Position numbers and translations under genes: made by a program | Shown here: positions 58,268 to 64,000 of the stretch, piece by piece | Numbering within the stretch: position 1 is the first letter of the stretch | Layout of the letters: each line of letters begins with the position of its first letter | The notes under the pieces: generated by a model | Databases searched by the model: none | What the model saw: the letters and a program-made list of their open reading frames with translations, nothing else | What the model was told of the DNA's origin: nothing | NCBI GenBank assembly: GCA_041594355.1 | Contig: JBFHMM010000001.1 | Location: 5,872-69,871 of the forward strand | DNA: 64,000 bases | Direction: 5' to 3' | Source of the DNA: Paracoccaceae bacterium | Lineage (GTDB): Bacteria > Pseudomonadota > Alphaproteobacteria > Rhodobacterales > Rhodobacteraceae

Positions 58268-60801
58268 TGTCCCGCCTGCCCGTCTTTTGCTGCCTGTTCA
58301 TCGTCCTGTGCCAGCCTTTTGAGCACATTCCGTGCAAGGTTTCCATCCGCCGAGAACGGGATCAGGCGGCCATTCTCCGCATTTTCGACCGCATCTCCCT
58401 GGGCGCCGATATCGAAGGCATAGACCGGCAAACCGGTCGCCAGCGCCTCGTGGGTGGTATAGGAAAAGGTTTCCGGCCAGACCGAGGGCACCAGCCAGTC
58501 GGTGATCCCATAGCGCGCCACCAGACCCGGCAGGTCCTGCAGCCGGTAGTTGCCATGCACCGGCACCGAGGCCGGCGGCATATAGGCCGGATCGACGTTG
58601 CCGATCAGCACCAGCTTGGTCCCCGGGTCCGGTTGCTGTTCCAGCATCCGCCCCAGTTCGGCCACCACGGCGGCGCCCTTCTGGTACCCGATGTTGCCCA
58701 GCACCGCGACCACGCGGGCCGCACCGGCGGGCCGCGCAATCTTCGGCACCTTGACCAGAAGTTCATGCGGGCGCAGCACGATCTGCGGCTCCAGCCCCGG
58801 GAACACCGCCAGCATCTGCGCGCGGCTGTCTTCGCTGAACACCACCACCTCGTCGGCCGTGCCCAGCAGCGCACCCCATTCCACCCGCCAGCCAGCCAGC
58901 GAAACCAGCGCGCCCTCGGGGCGCATCACCGTATGCGCCTTGTCGGCGCGATTGTCGGACACCGGACCGCGATAGGCACCGTCATCGTCCAGCAGCGTAT
59001 AAGACGGCGACAGCATGAAGAAATCATGCACCAGAACCTCGATCCGGTCCTGTGACCCACGTTTCAGCCGCAGCAGATGCTTGGGCAGCGACACCGGGTC
59101 GGGATCGCCCACGCCGCAGGAATAGACGATGCGGCGGCGCGCCAGCGGCGCCAGCAGTTTTTCGACAAAGGCAAAGTCATCGGTGGTGCCGGCGACGCTG
59201 CCCTGTTCGGAAATCACCTCGACCTGCCAGCGGGCGTTGCCGCCGCCCACCCGCAGCACGATCGCGGGCCTGCCGGTCGCCTCCAGGTCGCGTTCGATCC
59301 GGTCAGCCAGGTAATGTTCGGCCCCGCCGCCCAGCGAATGCGCCAGATAGATCGGGATCTCCGCTTCGGGGCTGCGGCTGGCCGCCCAGGCCACCGCCAG
59401 CGCCACCCGTGCAGTGACCAGCGGATCGATGGCAACGAACTGCTGAACCTCGGCGTCGTAATCGGGATAGCGCTGCGCGATGCGCTCGTTGTTCTGCGCC
59501 ACCAGCTTCAGCTTTTCCTCGCTGCCGAAACTTTCGCCGCCGCGATGTTCGACAAACAGCCCCGGAAGGCCCAGATGCCGCCCGCCCAGGGCGCGCGCCT
59601 TCTGGCACCAGTCGACCTCTTCGCCGTATCCGCGGCCAAAAATCGGGTCTAACCGGGGGATCTTGCGCAGGTAATCAATGTTCAGCGCCATGCAGAATCC
59701 GACCCCCGTGGGGCAGACCGACAGGGTTGCCTCGGGATGGAACCGCTTTGCCACCGCGTCAATGGCATCACATTGACCAAGCTGCAGCGGCATCCGCTGG
59801 CAGATCGCGGGCACCGAGAAGATCTCGGCATCGTTCGACATCGGCGTCACGGTGGCGACATCGGCATGAACCCGCATCGGACGCAGCAGCCGGCTGGCCC
59901 AGCCCGGTGGCACAAAGGCGTCCGAATTCAGCAAGACCACGTGGTTGCCGATCTCGAGGCTGCGCGCCAGCGCGCTGTTGACCGACCCGATAAAGCCCTT
60001 GTTGCTCTGGTTCAGAATCAGTTCGATCCGGCCCGGCGTCTGCGCCTCCTGCGCGGCGACCCATTGGGTCAGCCAGGGCCGCACCTCCGGATCGGACGAA
60101 CAGTCCTCGACCACGATCATGCGCCACGGCAGATCGGTGTTGTCCAGCACCCGCTGCAGCACGCGCGGCAGCAGGTCGAAGGCGTTGTAGACCGGCAGAA
60201 CGATCGTGATCGGCTCCGGATCGGGCCAGGCGATGACATCGCCTTCGGCGGCAAACAGCTGGGTCTCCATCGGCCCGGCCTCGGGCACCGTCTGCAGCCC
60301 CAGCGCGGATTTCACCGCCGCGCGCGCCGCCGGGTCGCCCCGCGCCATGGCGCGGACGATCTGCGGCCCCAGGCGCAGCAGGGTCCACAGAAACCGCGTT
60401 GCCAGCCGGCGGCGGTTGCGGCGCAGCATCGGCACCGGGATCGGCGCCACGTCATGTCGGCGGGTGACGCCACCGACATCGGTGCTCAGCGAAAATCGTC
60501 CGTCGCCGTAGTTCTGGCTGATCTCGAACCCGACCCGTGGCGGCACGCCCACGGCGGCAGCGACATCCTGACGCGGGATCGCCGGGCGCGTGACCGCCTG
60601 GCCTTCGGCCCCTGTCAGAAGGATGCGATCGGCGGTGGACCAGCCGATAAAGGTGACCCGGCTGCCCGCCAGCACCACCCGGTCGACATAGCCCTGCCCG
60701 CCATTGCCGGAGGCGCTGTCGGACAGATCAAACCCGGGGGCTTCGATATAGCGGTGCGTACGGGCATAGCGCTGGAACAGGCCTCGAAGACGATTGATCA
60801 C
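58264..60801 (-). CDS. Bifunctional GT2 + GT4-like glycosyltransferase
   Basis: [25 protein letters not shown]; [24 protein letters not shown]. Confidence 0.88.
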   Translation of the reverse strand: MINRLRGLFQRYARTHRYIEAPGFDLSDSASGNGGQGYVDRVVLAGSRVTFIGWSTADRILLTGAEGQAVTRPAIPRQDVAAAVGVPPRVGFEISQNYGDGRFSLSTDVGGVTRRHDVAPIPVPMLRRNRRRLATRFLWTLLRLGPQIVRAMARGDPAARAAVKSALGLQTVPEAGPMETQLFAAEGDVIAWPDPEPITIVLPVYNAFDLLPRVLQRVLDNTDLPWRMIVVEDCSSDPEVRPWLTQWVAAQEAQTPGRIELILNQSNKGFIGSVNSALARSLEIGNHVVLLNSDAFVPPGWASRLLRPMRVHADVATVTPMSNDAEIFSVPAICQRMPLQLGQCDAIDAVAKRFHPEATLSVCPTGVGFCMALNIDYLRKIPRLDPIFGRGYGEEVDWCQKARALGGRHLGLPGLFVEHRGGESFGSEEKLKLVAQNNERIAQRYPDYDAEVQQFVAIDPLVTARVALAVAWAASRSPEAEIPIYLAHSLGGGAEHYLADRIERDLEATGRPAIVLRVGGGNARWQVEVISEQGSVAGTTDDFAFVEKLLAPLARRRIVYSCGVGDPDPVSLPKHLLRLKRGSQDRIEVLVHDFFMLSPSYTLLDDDGAYRGPVSDNRADKAHTVMRPEGALVSLAGWRVEWGALLGTADEVVVFSEDSRAQMLAVFPGLEPQIVLRPHELLVKVPKIARPAGAARVVAVLGNIGYQKGAAVVAELGRMLEQQPDPGTKLVLIGNVDPAYMPPASVPVHGNYRLQDLPGLVARYGITDWLVPSVWPETFSYTTHEALATGLPVYAFDIGAQGDAVENAENGRLIPFSADGNLARNVLKRLAQDDEQAAKDGQAGQ

Positions 60802-61016
60802 GCGGTCCGCGCTCCTTGGAAATTCTTTTGCCTCAACCCGCAGGCTGACGTCTTAAATTCGCAGTAAATCCGCAGAGGCGAAAGAGCGCAAGACGCCCAT
60901 CCGCCGGTTCCGCCCCGCGCTCTACACAGATCGGTCCGGGAAGTCTATCGCTCCGGCCGTGAAATGGATCTCAAACCGGCCGGATCCTGCCGCCGGGCCT
61001 GAATTGGCGCCCCTTT

Positions 61017-61631
61017 TCAGCGGTTGCGGCGGAACAGGTTGCCGATGGTCTGGAAAACAAGATCAAAATCATAGCACATATTGGCATGGCGCTGATAAAT
61101 CAGGTCCAGCCGCGCCTTGGCCGGGATGCAGACGCGGGTATAGACCTCGTCGGTTTCCTCGCGCGTGGCGCAGCGCTCAAGCAGCGCCGCCTCGTGTTTG
61201 TGATAGGTGATCGAAGCCAGCCCGGTGACACCGGGGCGCGATTTCAGCACCTCGCCATAGATCCCGGGAAACCGCTCGACGTATTCACGCAGGGGCGGGC
61301 GCGGACCGACAAAGCTCAGATCCCCCTTGAGGATGTTCCACAGCTGCGGGAATTCATCCAGCCGCTTTGACCGCAGCCAGGCCCCTGTGGGCGTGATCCG
61401 CGCCGCCTTGTCACCGCCCGAGACACCGGCGTCTTCCTCGACCACGGTCATGGTGCGCAGCTTCCACAGGGCAAACGGCTGATCCACGCCCTTCATCCGC
61501 TCGGCCACGTAGAACACCGGCCGGCCCTCCCGGATCAGAAGCCAGACCAGCAGTCCCAGAAGGACCGGCCCCAGGAGCACCACCAGAAGGGCTGCGAAAA
61601 ACAGGTCAAAGAGGCGTTTGTGCCAGGTCAT
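61017..61631 (-). CDS. Priming sugar (phosphoglycosyl) transferase, bacterial sugar transferase family
   Basis: KRLFD, KLRTM, RITPTG..LR..RLDEFPQLWNILKGDLSFVGPRP, PGVTG. Confidence 0.93.
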   Translation of the reverse strand: MTWHKRLFDLFFAALLVVLLGPVLLGLLVWLLIREGRPVFYVAERMKGVDQPFALWKLRTMTVVEEDAGVSGGDKAARITPTGAWLRSKRLDEFPQLWNILKGDLSFVGPRPPLREYVERFPGIYGEVLKSRPGVTGLASITYHKHEAALLERCATREETDEVYTRVCIPAKARLDLIYQRHANMCYDFDLVFQTIGNLFRRNR

Positions 61632-61637
61632 ATGGGC

Positions 61638-62498
61638 CTAATCCCCGCTCGGTTTCGTCTCTAATGCACGCCATTGGGCCACCATCGTTCCAGCCCGGCT
61701 GTCGCCCGCGGTGAACTCAGTGACCGTTTCCAGCCGCTTTGTCGACAGCGCGACGCGTGCAATGGCGGTTTCTGGCGCAGGCTGCGGGGTCCAATCCAGT
61801 CCGGCAGCATCCAGCAGCGCGGCCATTTCCACCACGCCGGGGGCGGCGATATTCAGCACCGGCGGCAGGCGCTCCGCGCGGGCCAGATCGCCCAGCACCC
61901 GCGCCAGCGTGGCCGGGCCGATATAGCTGCGCTCCGGGCTGCGCCCGTCGGCGAACCGGTCCAGCCGGAACCCCGGCCGCCAGCCGCCCAGAATGGCATC
62001 CACCCCGGCGATATTGCCGATCCTGAGCGATGTCACCGGCACATCCAGCTCAGCGCCCAGTGCGGCGGCCTCCCGTTCCATCTCCAGCTTGGCGCGGCCA
62101 TAGTCCGACAGCGGGTTGGCGGGCCCGTCCTCCTCCAGCGTCTCGGCGCCAGGGTTGCCGTAAACCGCCGCCGACGAGCTGAGCAGAACGGAGGCCCCCG
62201 CCGCCGCCCCGGCCCGTACCGCCGCCAGAGCCAGGCGGGCATTGTCGCCCATATCCGCCCCCCTCGCGGCCGCAGCCGGAGTGACCCCGGCCAGACACAG
62301 GATTCGGTCGCAGCCCCGCGCCGACCGCGCCAGCCCGGCCGCGTCGCCCAGCAGGTCAACCCCGATCCAGCCGGGATCGTCATCTGTCCGCCCGCCCGTG
62401 CGACTTTGCCACAGGGCCAGCCCAAAAGGGCGGCATTTGCGCAGGATCATGCCGACCCGACCTGTTGCGCCAAGGACCAAAACGCGCGGAATGTGCAT
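61638..62498 (-). CDS. NAD-dependent epimerase/dehydratase
   Basis: VLGATGRVG, SSAAVYG, YGRAK (YxxxK), LRIGNIAG. Confidence 0.88.
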   Translation of the reverse strand: MHIPRVLVLGATGRVGMILRKCRPFGLALWQSRTGGRTDDDPGWIGVDLLGDAAGLARSARGCDRILCLAGVTPAAAARGADMGDNARLALAAVRAGAAAGASVLLSSSAAVYGNPGAETLEEDGPANPLSDYGRAKLEMEREAAALGAELDVPVTSLRIGNIAGVDAILGGWRPGFRLDRFADGRSPERSYIGPATLARVLGDLARAERLPPVLNIAAPGVVEMAALLDAAGLDWTPQPAPETAIARVALSTKRLETVTEFTAGDSRAGTMVAQWRALETKPSGD

Positions 62499-62591
62499 GG
62501 TTTCTGTTGTTCCTGTTGACCGTTCCCCGCCTGCCAGTATCTTGCAGCCGGAATAATGCAACGTCTTTACTGCAGTCAGGCGACCCGGCCC

Positions 62592-63707
62592 ATGCGCAAC
62601 CTTGCCACTTTTCTCTCTATTCTCGGCCTCTGTCTGATGCCCGCCGCCTGCGGCCGGCTGCCATCCGGCGGCCCGGTGGCCGAAGAGGTGACCAAGCAAA
62701 AGACCAACGAGGTCGCCGATTTCGCCGTCTACCCGGTGACCCGCGCCTTTCTGCCCACGGTACAGCAATGGCCACACACCGGCACCGAGGAACGACTCGG
62801 CTGGATCGGCGCCAGCCAGGGTGCACGCACCCAGATCATCCAGCCCGGCGACATACTGAACATCCAGATCTGGGACAGTTCAGAAAACTCGTTGCTGACC
62901 GCGCTTGAAGACCGCGTTGCCGAACTCGGTGAAATCCGTGTGGCCGCCAATGGTACCATCTTCGTCCCCTATATCGGCGATGTCAGCGTGATCGGCCTGA
63001 CCCCCGATCTGGCCCGCAAGGAAATTCAGACCGAACTGGAGGCCATCGTACCGTCGGCGCAGGTGCAGCTGAACCTGACCGAGGGACGCAACAACTCGGT
63101 CGATCTTGTCTCCGGCGTGCTGCAGCCCGGCACCTACCCGATGCCCGACCGTAACTATTCCGTGATGGGTCTGATCTCCGCCGGCGGCGGCATCAGTTCA
63201 AATCTCAACAACCCGCAGATCCGGCTTATGCGCGGGAGCAACATCTATGGCACCTCGATCGAACAGCTGCTGAACAACCCGCGGCTGGATACGCTGCTGC
63301 GGGCCGGCGACCGGGTCTTTGTCGAAGAGGACGAGCGCTATTTCCTGTCCTTCGGCGCCTCCGGCACCGAGGCCCTGCACATCTTCTCCAAGGACGTGAT
63401 GACCGCGATGGACGCGGTGTCGGTCATGGGCGGGATCAACGATGCCAAGGCCGACCCCGAAGGGCTGCTGATCCTGCGCGAATACCCCAGTTCCGCCACC
63501 CGTCCCGGCGTGCGTGGGCCCCGGCAAAGCCGGGTGGTGTTTACCGTCGACCTGACCTCGACCGACGGGCTGTTCTCGGCGCGCAAGTTCCCGATCCAGT
63601 CGGGCGATCTGCTGGTGGCCACCGAGTCCCCGGTCAACGATGCGCTGACCATCTCCAACATCATCGGTAACTTCTTCGGCGTCTTCAACGCCACCGGCGC
63701 GATTTAA
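62592..63707 (+). CDS. wza: Polysaccharide export outer-membrane lipoprotein (OPX/Wza family)
   Basis: Lipobox PAAC followed by LPSGGP; IQPGD.L.IQIWD; G.IFVPYIG; SLBB-like segments. Confidence 0.9.
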   Translation: MRNLATFLSILGLCLMPAACGRLPSGGPVAEEVTKQKTNEVADFAVYPVTRAFLPTVQQWPHTGTEERLGWIGASQGARTQIIQPGDILNIQIWDSSENSLLTALEDRVAELGEIRVAANGTIFVPYIGDVSVIGLTPDLARKEIQTELEAIVPSAQVQLNLTEGRNNSVDLVSGVLQPGTYPMPDRNYSVMGLISAGGGISSNLNNPQIRLMRGSNIYGTSIEQLLNNPRLDTLLRAGDRVFVEEDERYFLSFGASGTEALHIFSKDVMTAMDAVSVMGGINDAKADPEGLLILREYPSSATRPGVRGPRQSRVVFTVDLTSTDGLFSARKFPIQSGDLLVATESPVNDALTISNIIGNFFGVFNATGAI

Positions 63708-63811
63708 AGCGCCCGGCCTTAAACTTGAGACACGAACACCCTGCCACGCCTTCGGCGCTCTCGGGATATTCGTGTCACGATATGATTCCGGTAAAAGGCC
63801 GGACGCTGTAA

Positions 63812-63879
63812 GTCAGGGTATCGCCGCAGGCGATGCCCGTAACCCGTCAGGGTATCGCCGCAGGCGATGCCCCTAACCC
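63812..63879. repeat. Tandem 34-bp direct repeat, each unit containing a hairpin (REP-like)
   Basis: GTCAGGGTATCGCCGCAGGCGATGCCC(G/C)TAACCC twice; stem GGGTATCGCC-GCA-GGCGATGCCC. Confidence 0.85.
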
Positions 63880-64000
63880 CGGCAATTGCCCGGGGAGCCA
63901 CGGGACGCCGGCACCCCCACCCGCCATACCCGCTAGCCGCCTCTTGCACAGGACCGGGCGCGCCCGTAGCCTGACCCCGCCCGGCCGCTTTTCCGCGCCG

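Noticed and set aside
63812-63879. Possible CRISPR array
   Set aside because: Only two directly abutting units, no spacers and no cas genes.
1-64000. Window being a complete ~65-kb roseobacter biofilm plasmid
   Set aside because: No rep, parAB or rhamnose (rml) genes are visible. Replicon type cannot be determined from this window.

Overview
GC-rich alphaproteobacterial DNA, most likely Rhodobacteraceae/roseobacter group (inferred from gene content and a roseobacter-type palindromic element). Most of the window is one large surface-polysaccharide locus: yjbH, yjbF and a yjbE/gfcA-like gene at the left end; wza, an epimerase and a priming sugar transferase at the right end; manC, gmd and fcl (GDP-fucose); several large glycosyltransferases; 12 sulfotransferase-fold genes; methyl- and acetyltransferases; and a GSCFA/SGNH pair. 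Embedded at about 36.6-56.6 kb is a secretion module: a type II secretion system (gspO, G-M, C, D, E, F), two Sel1-repeat proteins, a secreted fibre-like protein with a partner, and a permease fused to an FG-GAP/ASPIC-UnbV propeller. The two most interesting signals are (1) this T2SS-plus-cargo module and (2) an ~45-aa domain I do not recognise. That domain occurs as two 56-aa microproteins missing from the ORF track, each directly upstream of a sulfotransferase-fold gene, and once fused to a sulfotransferase C-terminus. No rRNA, tRNA, CRISPR array, transposase, integrase or replicon gene was recognised. All calls come from reading motifs by eye; no database searches were run.
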